A stretch of 32,000 nt of DNA, taken from the NCBI RefSeq assembly GCF_029232205.1, contig NZ_CP107255.1, positions 570,001 through 602,000 on the forward strand, written 5' to 3'. Shown here piece by piece: positions 1 through 8,643 of this stretch. This DNA comes from Candidatus Saccharimonadota bacterium. GTDB taxonomy: Archaea > Nanohalarchaeota > Nanosalinia > Nanosalinales > Nanosalinaceae. Position numbers and translations under genes: made by a program. Below the pieces are notes generated by a model that was given only the letters and a program-made list of their open reading frames with translations, was not told the origin of the DNA and made no database searches. Within the stretch, counting starts at the first letter, position 1. Every line of letters begins with the position of its first letter.

Positions 1-88
1 GATATAGGCAGACATCTTGAAAGATTTTAAACTTATTTTTCTTGTTTGAACAGATAAGTGTATAAGCTTTCACTCCTATAGAGGAGTA

Positions 89-394
89 ATGGATGCATTC
101 GATGAAATAGAGTCGTTAGACTACTCAGCATGGGATCACGTCGTAGATTTTAATCTCAAGCTGGAGCTGGCAGATATAGAAGAGCCACAGCTTTACATTG
201 GATATCACGATGAAGAAGGCACGCCAGTACTAGACTTGATAGCTAGAGGGCCTATCAATTCGTATATCAACAGCTACAGGCTTGACGGCCTCAGTATGGA
301 GGCCTTTGAGGAGGAAGGATACAGGTCCTGGAAAGAAACTTTTGAGGACATGTATGGAGAGTCAAGGCCTCTGGAAGATTTTTTCGAAGAATAG
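89..394 (+). CDS. hypothetical small acidic protein (101 aa)
   Basis: ATG ORF preceded by TATA-like tataag (61-66) and a purine-rich gaggag (81-86). Strongly acidic composition like its neighbours. No recognisable motif. Confidence 0.55.
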   Translation: MDAFDEIESLDYSAWDHVVDFNLKLELADIEEPQLYIGYHDEEGTPVLDLIARGPINSYINSYRLDGLSMEAFEEEGYRSWKETFEDMYGESRPLEDFFEE

Positions 395-437
395 TTATTG
401 CATGTGAGGTCTTGTGTTATACCTTTTCTAGGAGTTC

Positions 438-1526
438 TTATTTTTCTGTACTGAAGCTGTATTCTCCTTTCAGGAACGGTATTCTGTTTTCCATTGTTTT
501 CTTGAATCGCTGGCCCTGTAGGCCTTCTAATTCTTGCATTTCTTCTCTAAATCCGTTGAGTTGTTCGGCTATTTTATCGCCGGCGTTTTCCTGGTACTGG
601 GAGAATTCGTTGTAGCTGGCTCTTGTGTTTGAGAGATGGTTTTCGAATCCTTCCTGAAAACGGCCTTTCATGAAGTATGTTACGGCCTGTGCCATTGTTT
701 CATCTCTGACATCAAAGTCTTCTAGTCCAAAGATATCAGTCATAAGGCCTGCTGCGTATTCGAATTCCTGTACATACTGATGGAGATCTACTTCGTGTCT
801 TCTGTTTTCGTGGTATGCGTCAAGTATTCCTGCGTCGTATATTTCGTCGAGTACAAGGAGTGATAGGCCTGCTACAAGATCGTGTTTTACTTCTGGTACT
901 TCTGTATCTTCTACTATTTCCCGATATTCTTCCGGTGCATTGTAGTCGTAGATTGTGGCGAGATCTCTTACTTTATCGGCATCATCTATCAGGGCCTCTA
1001 CGTTGTTTTTGTGCATTGTTTCATGTGCTGCTGTCTCTGCTGCTGGAGTTCCTTCCGTTGCTTTCCCTGATTTTCTGTAAAGTGTTGATTTGTCTTGTTG
1101 AAATGTGTGGGTGCCGGCGTATTTTTTATCAGTATCTTCTAGTGTGGTCATTTTTGGAGGTTTTATCTTCTGGCCGGGGATGAAGCCATCGATGTACTGT
1201 GCTGCGGCTTCGTGCAGGTCGTCCAGAAATCCTTCAGGTAGCTGGCCTTTTTCCTCTACATGGCTGATGTTTTGCGTGGAGGTATGCAGCATTGCAAGTC
1301 TGTCGGTAGTGTAAGGCGCTCTCTGCATATCCTTGACTCTTTGCTGTACTGCTTCAAGCTCTTCATCTGTATGTGAGCCTCCGTTAACTTTTCTGGAAAT
1401 ATGCTTTGATTCTCTTCTTTCACGTCCGTAGAATCCTGCCGGCCTCAACTGGAACTCGTTGGCCCATCGGGATAACTCCTCTTCCAGGTCAGGTTCATCT
1501 ACTTCGAAAAACAAACTGGCCGGCAT
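438..1526 (-). CDS. hypothetical acidic protein (362 aa), no signal peptide
   Basis: Long ORF in the same orientation as the upstream LamG run. Acidic, helix-rich composition. Contains a single H-E-T-M-H string (1011-1025) that I do not trust as a metalloprotease motif. The antisense ORFs over it are low-complexity shadows. Confidence 0.7.
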   Translation of the reverse strand: MPASLFFEVDEPDLEEELSRWANEFQLRPAGFYGRERRESKHISRKVNGGSHTDEELEAVQQRVKDMQRAPYTTDRLAMLHTSTQNISHVEEKGQLPEGFLDDLHEAAAQYIDGFIPGQKIKPPKMTTLEDTDKKYAGTHTFQQDKSTLYRKSGKATEGTPAAETAAHETMHKNNVEALIDDADKVRDLATIYDYNAPEEYREIVEDTEVPEVKHDLVAGLSLLVLDEIYDAGILDAYHENRRHEVDLHQYVQEFEYAAGLMTDIFGLEDFDVRDETMAQAVTYFMKGRFQEGFENHLSNTRASYNEFSQYQENAGDKIAEQLNGFREEMQELEGLQGQRFKKTMENRIPFLKGEYSFSTEK

Positions 1527-1583
1527 AAATACAGAGTAGAAGCAAATTTTTATATCGAACCAGTAACAAAAAAGAGGAATGTT

Positions 1584-2042
1584 TCAGGAGGCCTTTCTTG
1601 GCTCTCCTGCATGTGCTGAAGGTTTCTGCACTTCTGGAACAAGTTCTTCGACAGAGTAGAGTCCTTCCTGAAGATCCATCAAGTAGTCATTCAGTTCCTG
1701 TGCTACTCCAGTTTCCGCTTCCAGCTCAAGGAATTCCTCATATGCTTCTTCTAGAGATTCGTAGTTTTCTCCCGCTTCTTCTAGGTGTTCTGCTGCTTTC
1801 TCCTCCCGGCCATTATCCAGAAGGTATAACGTATTATGTAATTCGTCAAAGAAGGCCTCTGTGGCTTCTCGAATTTCCTCTGTAGCTTCAGAGAAGTTAT
1901 TGTAGAAATCCAGTTCATTTACCTGTCTACTTGCCTCTAGAACTGTTTCATCGTACTCAACTGTTCCAGGCACCAGTTCCGGTACATAGTTCTCAAGTTC
2001 GGTGTCGTGAGTGATTCCGTCTAGTTCTTGGCCTCGTATCAC
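1584..2042 (-). CDS. hypothetical very acidic helical protein (152 aa)
   Basis: ORF with E/D/L-rich helical heptad-like sequence. Co-oriented with its neighbours and separated by short gaps. No known motif recognised. Confidence 0.65.
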   Translation of the reverse strand: MIRGQELDGITHDTELENYVPELVPGTVEYDETVLEASRQVNELDFYNNFSEATEEIREATEAFFDELHNTLYLLDNGREEKAAEHLEEAGENYESLEEAYEEFLELEAETGVAQELNDYLMDLQEGLYSVEELVPEVQKPSAHAGEPRKAS

Positions 2043-2099
2043 GTAAAGCCATAGAGTTAATGAAAGAAAAAGGTTTTGGAGGTTGTTTCAGTGGGTTTG

Positions 2100-3023
2100 T
2101 TAGGCCTCTCCATCGTATTCAGGTCTTTTTTCCTGAATAGCGTTCTGGAGGTTGTGGGCTGCAAGGCCTGATGCTTCAATAGCGTTGTCAGTTTCTTCGA
2201 GTAGTCCTCCAACTTCTCCAATGTGGTGTCTGGCTGTTCTTGCAAGTGAAGCATATTCTTTGGCTTGCTGGGCCTTTTCTGCGTATGTTAGTGGGTCTCC
2301 TGATTCTGCTCTTTCTTCTAGGCTGTCGGCCATTGCTTCGTATTCTTCTGCCCACATTGTTCCTTCCATATTTTCCTGTGCTTCTCTCTTGGATTCTGCA
2401 GCTTCCTCTACACTTTTCTGATCTGCTTCGCTGAATTTGTGCTTGGTGTGATAGTCGTTTGCTGCCTGCTTGTACTCTGTTTCTACTTCTCTAAGTTCGC
2501 TTCTTATTTCAGAAGTATCTTCCCAGTCTATTTCATCAGAAAGCTCTACTTCTACGTCGAGGCCTGATGCTGTCTCCAGCGCGTTTTTGGCTTCTTCGTA
2601 AACTTCGTCTCCGTACTGTTCTACCTCTGCGTATACATCCTGTAGATTCTCTCTGAGATCCGTTATTTTTCCGTGAATAGATTCAAATCTGTCATACTGT
2701 GTTGTTTCATCCAGTGCTGTCTCGCTGTGTGCGTCCAGAGCAATTGTTGCTCCCTGAGCAACATTTATTGCATGTTCTGCTCCATTGGAGGCATGCTCTG
2801 ATAGTATTCTTGGATCTGTTATGGTTGTTGAGTCTCTATCAAGGCTTTCAGCTTGATCGTTTAGGTTTTCTCCAGCTCTCTGAGCTGATCTGGCCTCATT
2901 TCTTATTGTTCTCCAGTACTGCTCTACATCTGCAGGATCCTGGTTTGCCGTATTATTTTCCTCGCCGTCTCCGCCGAGTAGTCCATTTAGAAGATCTCTC
3001 ATAGAATGCCATGAAACAAGCAA
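2100..3023 (-). CDS. hypothetical acidic coiled-coil-like protein (307 aa)
   Basis: Long ORF with E/A/Q-rich helical sequence, lying 34 nt downstream of the LamG gene stop. The true start may be the internal Met at 3002 (MRDLLNGLLGG...). Confidence 0.7.
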   Translation of the reverse strand: MLVSWHSMRDLLNGLLGGDGEENNTANQDPADVEQYWRTIRNEARSAQRAGENLNDQAESLDRDSTTITDPRILSEHASNGAEHAINVAQGATIALDAHSETALDETTQYDRFESIHGKITDLRENLQDVYAEVEQYGDEVYEEAKNALETASGLDVEVELSDEIDWEDTSEIRSELREVETEYKQAANDYHTKHKFSEADQKSVEEAAESKREAQENMEGTMWAEEYEAMADSLEERAESGDPLTYAEKAQQAKEYASLARTARHHIGEVGGLLEETDNAIEASGLAAHNLQNAIQEKRPEYDGEA

Positions 3024-3056
3024 TATTAAGTATGTTACTTTGAAGTTGCAACAGAT

Positions 3057-5528
3057 CTACTTGAATGCTAGCCGTGCAATCTCCTGATCTGCAAGTTTTT
3101 CATCATATATCCGGAACTCATCAATCTCCATGTTAGTGAACTTGGCCGGAGAATTGTCGCCAGCCCTACCTATCTGTATTCCTCCGCCAGAACGATCTGC
3201 ATCCGTCAAGCTGGTAGTTGAGAGATATGCTGAACCATCAAGAGATCCGTCTATAAACAGTTTGACAAGGCCTGAACTTTTTTCACGTGTGAAGGCCACG
3301 TGATGCCATCTTCCGTCAGCTACTTTTCTGTCAGAGTTTACGTACCTATCGCTGCTGCCGTTTCCATTACCGTAGACAAGTTTTCCTTCACTATCTATTC
3401 CGAATCCCCAGTCATTTGCAGGGCCTGAGTTTTCCTGATGTGCTATGGCCTTGGTCTGCCAGTGATTGGTTCCTGCCCCATCAGTAGTTTTGATCCATGC
3501 AGAAACAGTCTGGTTGTCAGGTAGTTTGTGGTCTATCTGGATGTAGTCATCGCTGCCGTCAAAACTGTATGCATTGGTGTAGAAGAGGCCTTCGCTGCCT
3601 GTTGATTTTCCAGATGTGAAATTGTATCTTTCTACGGCTCTGGCTTTCTGTGTTTCAAATGCTTTCTCTACCTCGTCCTGGCCCCACGCTGTTGTTGAGA
3701 TTGTCATTTCATCGATTTTGCCGTAGAATCTGTCTGTGTTGCCAGAGTCCGAGAGGCTGCCGATGAATGCTGGACCTGTCGTGTTTTTCATTGTGAAGTC
3801 TTTCTGAGTGCTTGTTTCCAGTGTTCCGTTCACATAGATTTTAAGAAACCCTCTGTTGGCGTCTGCTACGGCCACTACATGATACCATCTCTGCCATTCC
3901 GGGAAGCTGTAGTCTATAGCGTTGATCTGGTCGTTAGTGGTGTTTCTTACGTCGAAGGAGAATTCCTTACCGTTTCTGGGGATTCCAAACAGGTACTTAT
4001 CCCAGTCATCTCCGAAGAAGGCCTGCCAGTCATCCACTCTTTTTTCCGGATATACCCATGTAGAAATAGTGATTTCCTGGTTGTCCGCAAGTTGATCTAC
4101 CTGTCCGAGAGAAGCGTATGAGTCTCCGCTGAAGTTTAGTGCCTGGCCTGAAACTCCGTCAACCCATGAAGTGTTAGTCAGTGTGGCATCCACGTTGTTC
4201 TCTGACTGATCCTCTGTGGTTGAGCCTGCTCCATCGTTCATTCTCCACGCTGCAACTGTACCTCCCGAATGGAAATCTCCCATTAGAGGCCCTGTTGACA
4301 CCACTTCCTGCGTTGTTCCGTTCATTTTCCATCTTTCAAGATAGTTCTTCCCAATATAATCCTGTTCAGATAGTTTCTGTATATCTGTAGCTGTTAGATC
4401 CTGGTCATAGACTGTTACTTGGTCGACTGAGCCGTGGAAAAGCGGGCCTCCAATGATCATCTCGTTGTCTGCGCCGTAGATCAAGTTGTCAGAAGGGTTT
4501 ACCGATTTGTCCCCTACTTTTTCTCCGTCAAGCCAGAGCTCTGACCTGTTGTCAGAGGTGAACTGGATCACTGCATGATGCCAGCCCGTGCTTAGAGAGG
4601 CCTCAGATTCAACTCCATCCGTGAATCCCTGAAGTTTGCCATCGTAAGTTCTTAGCCCGGCCTGTCTTCCGATTCTCACTATCTGGCCGCTTTTCATGTA
4701 AAGTGCTGTACTGTAACGAGGCCTGAAGTTCCAGTAGTACGCGTTCTTGTTTCCTGCACCCTTGCTTCCGATAAGCATGTATGAGGCCCTGTAGTGGTTT
4801 GCTCTGACGAACTCTGACTTGTTTGTGACGTCTTCTCCGTTGGCGCCGTAGTCTTTCAGTGTTTCCTCCCATTCCTCCAGTACTGCTGCATCATCGCAGT
4901 TTCCTGCTGGATGAGGCTGATCATCGGTTATCATTATCATTTTCGTGCCTTCTGGCTGGCTCTGAAGATACTGCGACATGTTTCCTGCGGCATTGCAGGC
5001 ATCTCCACCATATCCGTCTCCTCCGTGAGTATCAATCTCTTTGGTCTCATTCAGGCCCCATGAGCTGTTCATTTTAGCGATTGTAAACCCTCTAGCGCAG
5101 TTGTCGCAGATCTGATTTCCGTTTATATTCATGAAGCTGTCATAGGCAGGACTGAAGTTTCCAGCTCTACCGTAGTCATTGTGGCCCATTGATCCAAGTC
5201 TGAATCTTGTATCTGAAAAATTCCTGACTTTAAACCATGTTGAAACTGCGTAACCGTTGTCTATCGAAAGATTCAGGCGGCCTGAATGATTGACAGAAAT
5301 GTAGTCATCTCTTCCATCCATTCTGAAACTTCCTCCTTTCAGCATGTTATCCTGGCCATTTTGAGAGTAGTCGAGTGTACTCATTCCTGTGCTGTCGAAA
5401 CGGTAGTAGTTCTGAAGGCCTGCAGATGCAAATGAAGCCATTAAAATTGCAAGAGCAAGGGCCACTGCAAACTTGGTGTTTCTCACATTCAGAGATGGCT
5501 TTTTATCAAATAAATTAGTTGTATTCAT
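3057..5528 (-). CDS. secreted multi-LamG (laminin-G / concanavalin-A-like lectin fold) protein, 823 aa, with nested FAM3/ILEI-like domain
   Basis: N-terminal signal/TM segment (KFAVALALAILMASFASAG). Three LamG_3-type modules, each with a W-H/Y-H-V core strand (GWHHAVIQF, RWYHVVAV, RWHHVAFT) and a terminal motif (VDQVTVYDQDLTATDIQKL; IDEMTISTTAWGQDEVEKAF; IDEFRIYDEKLADQEIARL). Many N-x-S/T sequons. Its ATG overlaps the upstream gene's TGA (ATGA at 5525-5528). Confidence 0.85.
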   Translation of the reverse strand: MNTTNLFDKKPSLNVRNTKFAVALALAILMASFASAGLQNYYRFDSTGMSTLDYSQNGQDNMLKGGSFRMDGRDDYISVNHSGRLNLSIDNGYAVSTWFKVRNFSDTRFRLGSMGHNDYGRAGNFSPAYDSFMNINGNQICDNCARGFTIAKMNSSWGLNETKEIDTHGGDGYGGDACNAAGNMSQYLQSQPEGTKMIMITDDQPHPAGNCDDAAVLEEWEETLKDYGANGEDVTNKSEFVRANHYRASYMLIGSKGAGNKNAYYWNFRPRYSTALYMKSGQIVRIGRQAGLRTYDGKLQGFTDGVESEASLSTGWHHAVIQFTSDNRSELWLDGEKVGDKSVNPSDNLIYGADNEMIIGGPLFHGSVDQVTVYDQDLTATDIQKLSEQDYIGKNYLERWKMNGTTQEVVSTGPLMGDFHSGGTVAAWRMNDGAGSTTEDQSENNVDATLTNTSWVDGVSGQALNFSGDSYASLGQVDQLADNQEITISTWVYPEKRVDDWQAFFGDDWDKYLFGIPRNGKEFSFDVRNTTNDQINAIDYSFPEWQRWYHVVAVADANRGFLKIYVNGTLETSTQKDFTMKNTTGPAFIGSLSDSGNTDRFYGKIDEMTISTTAWGQDEVEKAFETQKARAVERYNFTSGKSTGSEGLFYTNAYSFDGSDDYIQIDHKLPDNQTVSAWIKTTDGAGTNHWQTKAIAHQENSGPANDWGFGIDSEGKLVYGNGNGSSDRYVNSDRKVADGRWHHVAFTREKSSGLVKLFIDGSLDGSAYLSTTSLTDADRSGGGIQIGRAGDNSPAKFTNMEIDEFRIYDEKLADQEIARLAFK
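4749..5138 (-). other. FAM3/ILEI(PANDER)-like domain inserted in the first LamG module (residues ~131-260)
   Basis: By-eye similarity to my recollection of human FAM3B. Window: ARGFTIAKMN..IDTHGGD..TKMIMITDDQP..LKDYGA..YRASYMLIGSKG. FAM3B: ARGINIAIVN..CFDMYEGD..LLFMVTYDDGS..IEALGS..FRSSWVFIAAKG. The motif order is the same in both. Confidence 0.5.
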
Positions 5529-7264
5529 TTCATCGCAAGGTCCTGTATCTCGGCCTCTGAAAGCGTTTTGTTGTAGATTCTGATTTCATCGATCGATAGC
5601 TGGTTGTAGTCGGAGAAAGGCCTGAATCCTGAAATTGAGGAGATACTCATTTCTGGTGTCTGTACTGAATCTGTTTTCTCTCCGTTGATATAGAGCTGGA
5701 TTTCTCCATTGGATCTTCTGAATACGTAGTTGTTCCATTCCTCTAGAGCGGACGAAGGCCTTTGAGTGTCAAGCACGGAGTAGTTTCCTGTGTATACTCT
5801 GAATTCGTCTTCCACCAGCTGCATCTGCGGGTTTCTCTTGTACACTTCTGGATCTGCGTAGTATCCGAACGAAGTGCTGTCATCATCGTCGTAGTATAGT
5901 CTGTAGTACTCTTTTCGCGGTTCTTCGTTTCCATCGCTTCCCAGAATGTAAAGCTGGTATTTGTCAGGATCAGGTTCTGGTTTTCGCACCCATTCTGAGT
6001 CCCAAGAATTACCCCATACAGGAATACTGTTGGTCTTGGCCCAGTACTTCAGATATAGATAGTTTTCATCGCCAGCAAAATCCGGGTAATCATCCTGGTA
6101 GAACCGGCCTGTGAATATGTCCTCAAATCCTCCGTTGGAAGATGCGTTTGCGAGTCTGACATCTGAGAATCCGTCCTGAGCTCCAAGGTCTTCTACATCG
6201 CCTCTCCAGTCCGTTGACTCGTTGAAGATATTCTGATTGGCCTGGTTTGAGAAGATAGTATATCGGCCTTTTCCCGAGGTTTTCATCCAGAAGCTTACAG
6301 AATGGTTTTCAAAGGAGAAGCTGGAGGTTCCAATACCGTTTTCTGGTTCGAGAGTTACTGCATTGCTGGAGAATATTCCTTCTGAGGCCTTTGCACGAGG
6401 CACGTCATTATTCCATCCTTCGTATTGGTTGTCTTTGTTGAAGCTGTTTGGTGTTGCTGTTATCTGGTTGGAGGTATCTCCGAACAGGCATGGCCTCTCG
6501 TAGTACAGGTGGCAGCCCTGATATCCTTCATCAAATCTCTGGAAGAGCACGAGATCAGTATTGTCGACTTCTTGGCCCCTGTAGAGTTTTTCTACTTCAG
6601 ACTCCGCTAGAGTTCTGTTGTATACGCGGAAGTCGTCGATTTTAGGCCTTATATTATCTCTAATTGTGAGATCTGATACCATGTCCGCAAGTTTGCATCC
6701 TGGGCCTCCCTGATCCTGAACTTCTCCATCGGTGTATTCTTTTATTGTGGTTCCGTCGTATGTTACAGTGTATAGGTGCCATTCGCCGGGTGTTGCCTCC
6801 ATATTCCGGTTTCTGGCCCAGAATCCTCCTCCGTTGTATCCGCATTCATTTGTCTCTGCTATCCATCGCGTGTATATGCTTTCGTTGGAGTTGGCCATTT
6901 CAGCTCTTGCACTCTTGGTTGCGCCGGTTGCGTTTTCCGCTGTCCAGCTGACGACTGTATCCCATCCTCCTCCGCTGTCGTCATGTTTGATCCAGAAGGC
7001 CATGGTAAAAGGTGCGCTGCTGAAGGTTGACTGTAGTTCAGGAGTGCTGTTGATTGTTATTGCAGAACCGTTAAGCAGTATTGATCTTCCTTCTATAACA
7101 GTATCATTTCCAAGGCCTGAAGAGTCAGCAGCCTGGCTAACGTTGTCTAATCTGAAATAACCTGTTAGGCTTTGCTGATTGGAGGCCTGGACCGATATTC
7201 CTGCGCCAAGAAGTAAAAGGCCTGAAATTAGTAGGACAGTTGTTGTTCTCGGGTTAGGCCTCAT
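5525..7264 (-). CDS. secreted LamG-domain protein (579 aa)
   Basis: Signal peptide (TTTVLLISGLLLLGAGISVQA). LamG_3-type module ends DDFRVYNRTLAESEVEKLY and IDEIRIYNKTLSEAEIQDL. WHLYTVTY core strand. Translationally coupled to the 823-aa gene by a 4-nt overlap. Confidence 0.85.
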   Translation of the reverse strand: MRPNPRTTTVLLISGLLLLGAGISVQASNQQSLTGYFRLDNVSQAADSSGLGNDTVIEGRSILLNGSAITINSTPELQSTFSSAPFTMAFWIKHDDSGGGWDTVVSWTAENATGATKSARAEMANSNESIYTRWIAETNECGYNGGGFWARNRNMEATPGEWHLYTVTYDGTTIKEYTDGEVQDQGGPGCKLADMVSDLTIRDNIRPKIDDFRVYNRTLAESEVEKLYRGQEVDNTDLVLFQRFDEGYQGCHLYYERPCLFGDTSNQITATPNSFNKDNQYEGWNNDVPRAKASEGIFSSNAVTLEPENGIGTSSFSFENHSVSFWMKTSGKGRYTIFSNQANQNIFNESTDWRGDVEDLGAQDGFSDVRLANASSNGGFEDIFTGRFYQDDYPDFAGDENYLYLKYWAKTNSIPVWGNSWDSEWVRKPEPDPDKYQLYILGSDGNEEPRKEYYRLYYDDDDSTSFGYYADPEVYKRNPQMQLVEDEFRVYTGNYSVLDTQRPSSALEEWNNYVFRRSNGEIQLYINGEKTDSVQTPEMSISSISGFRPFSDYNQLSIDEIRIYNKTLSEAEIQDLAMK

Positions 7265-7297
7265 AGTATTGAATTGAATTAAGTTTTATTTACTATT

Positions 7298-7867
7298 TCA
7301 GTCTGTGTCAAGTTCAAGTGTTGATCGGTCTCTTATTTTCCAGTTTACTCTGTCTCCTTTTTCCAGATTCATTGCTGCTGCAAGTGTTTCAGGTATCTGG
7401 ACGTTGTGGAATCCTTTCTCTTCGGATTCCGTTATCTCTGCGTTGCCTCTGGTGTTTGCTGAGGAAGGTTTTCTCAGGCTGTAGGCATTGAGATTTTCAG
7501 TATTCATTTTCTCTGTTATTCCCTGGTTGCTGTCTGTGAACCAGATCTCTGAGTTAAGTTCCTGAAAGTCACGGAACCATTTGAGCTGTGAGTGTCGGAG
7601 GCCGTCACCTTCTCCCTTGACCTCTATGAACTTGTATTCTCCTGTATCATCGAACGCCAGAAAGTCCGGCACTCCAGGCCTGAAAACGTTTCCAAGGCCT
7701 TTCACTCCTTCTTCCTGTACTTTTCTGTTTACTGCTTCGCAGGCTCCAGGATGTTTTTCCTCGAATCTTTCGACTGCTGCTGGTGTGGCCCTGAGAAAGT
7801 TGTCCCAGTTGCTGTCGATGATGTCTTTTGCTATTTTTTCTGTGTTGGTTATTTTGTCTTCTATCAT
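7298..7867 (-). CDS. VRR-NUC (PD-(D/E)XK, FAN1-type) nuclease fused to a C-terminal AbrB/SpoVT-like domain (189 aa)
   Basis: GVPDFLAFDDTGEYKFIEVKGEGDGLRHSQLKWFRDFQEL matches the VRR-NUC signature G-x-P-D...E-V-K-G-x-x-D-x-L-x-x-x-Q-x-x-W. The C-terminal FHNVQIPETLAAAMNLEKGDRVNWKIRDRSTLELD resembles the AbrB/MazE swapped-hairpin consensus (v-x-I-P-x-x-x-x-x-x-l-x-l-x-x-G-D-x-V). Confidence 0.8.
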   Translation of the reverse strand: MIEDKITNTEKIAKDIIDSNWDNFLRATPAAVERFEEKHPGACEAVNRKVQEEGVKGLGNVFRPGVPDFLAFDDTGEYKFIEVKGEGDGLRHSQLKWFRDFQELNSEIWFTDSNQGITEKMNTENLNAYSLRKPSSANTRGNAEITESEEKGFHNVQIPETLAAAMNLEKGDRVNWKIRDRSTLELDTD

Positions 7868-7870
7868 GGT

Positions 7871-8287
7871 TCAGGACTCTAAGTAGTCAGGTAGTGTGCT
7901 TCTGGTTTCTGGATCTGCATTCGAATTCTCTGGGAGTCTGTATAGTTCTCCTGAGGCATGTTCATAGGCTGAGGCCAGTTCTGTTTCATCTACTTCGTCC
8001 ATGAGTATTCTGAATGGTGCTGAGCTGTTCCATGTTGGAAGTATTTCTGCACGGGATAGAAAGTTGACGATGTTTTCAAATTCTCCTCCTGGCATTCTCT
8101 GTGGTATCAGGCCTTTTTCCTCTACATTGCTGTAGATTTCATCTGCTTCTGGTATGTGGTAGTTTTCTGGATCTGCGTGGTATAATATGTCGACTGCTTT
8201 TCCGCCTTTGTCCTGAAACAAGGTGTAGAGGCCTGGCCATTCTTCTGCTGTTTGGTCTACGGCGGCGTGTATTTCTTCTGTATCCAC
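7871..8287 (-). CDS. hypothetical acidic protein (138 aa)
   Basis: The ORF ends 3 nt before the VRR-NUC gene start, which suggests an operon. No recognisable motif. Confidence 0.6.
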   Translation of the reverse strand: MDTEEIHAAVDQTAEEWPGLYTLFQDKGGKAVDILYHADPENYHIPEADEIYSNVEEKGLIPQRMPGGEFENIVNFLSRAEILPTWNSSAPFRILMDEVDETELASAYEHASGELYRLPENSNADPETRSTLPDYLES

Positions 8288-8321
8288 GGTTAAGAATTGG
8301 GAGAAAAATGGTAAATATCTG

Positions 8322-8642
8322 TTAGTAGAGTTCGCCGCCCTCTGGTACTTCTGTGTCCGGGCCTACGAGTACTGGGTTTCCGTCTTCGTCCGGTACTCCT
8401 ACTGTTAGTACTTCGGATTTGAATCCTGCTATTCTGACGTTGCCGAGGTTGGTTGCGCAGATTACCTGTCGGCCTTCCAGTTCTTCAGGTTTGTAGTTGT
8501 ATCCTGTCTGTGCTGCGCTCTGGACTTTTTCTTCTCCGAGGTTTATCCAGAGTTTGGCCATTTCTGGTTTTTCTGCCTCTGAGAAGTCTTCGGCTTTTTC
8601 TACTGTGCCGACTTTGAACTCTGCGTCAAACATGTTTTTCAC
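8322..8642 (-). CDS. tRNA-binding OB-fold protein (CsaA / Trbp111 / EMAP-II-like), 106 aa
   Basis: FKVGTVEKAE...KLWINLGEE.VQSAAQ....YKPEELEGRQVICATNLGNVRIAGFKSEVLTVGV is the typical tRNA_bind domain pattern: hydrophobic core, 'v.l.n..p.k..G..SeGM.l'-like end, and matching size. Confidence 0.8.
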   Translation of the reverse strand: MKNMFDAEFKVGTVEKAEDFSEAEKPEMAKLWINLGEEKVQSAAQTGYNYKPEELEGRQVICATNLGNVRIAGFKSEVLTVGVPDEDGNPVLVGPDTEVPEGGELY

Positions 8643-8643
8643 T

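Noticed and set aside
1011-1025. An H-E-T-M-H (HEXXH) string in the 362-aa protein, considered as a zinc-metalloprotease active site.
   Set aside because: In about 9,000 acidic, E-rich residues, roughly one HEXXH is expected by chance. I see no third ligand motif (downstream E/H/D context, Met-turn) or other peptidase family hallmarks. It is noted in the feature but not called.
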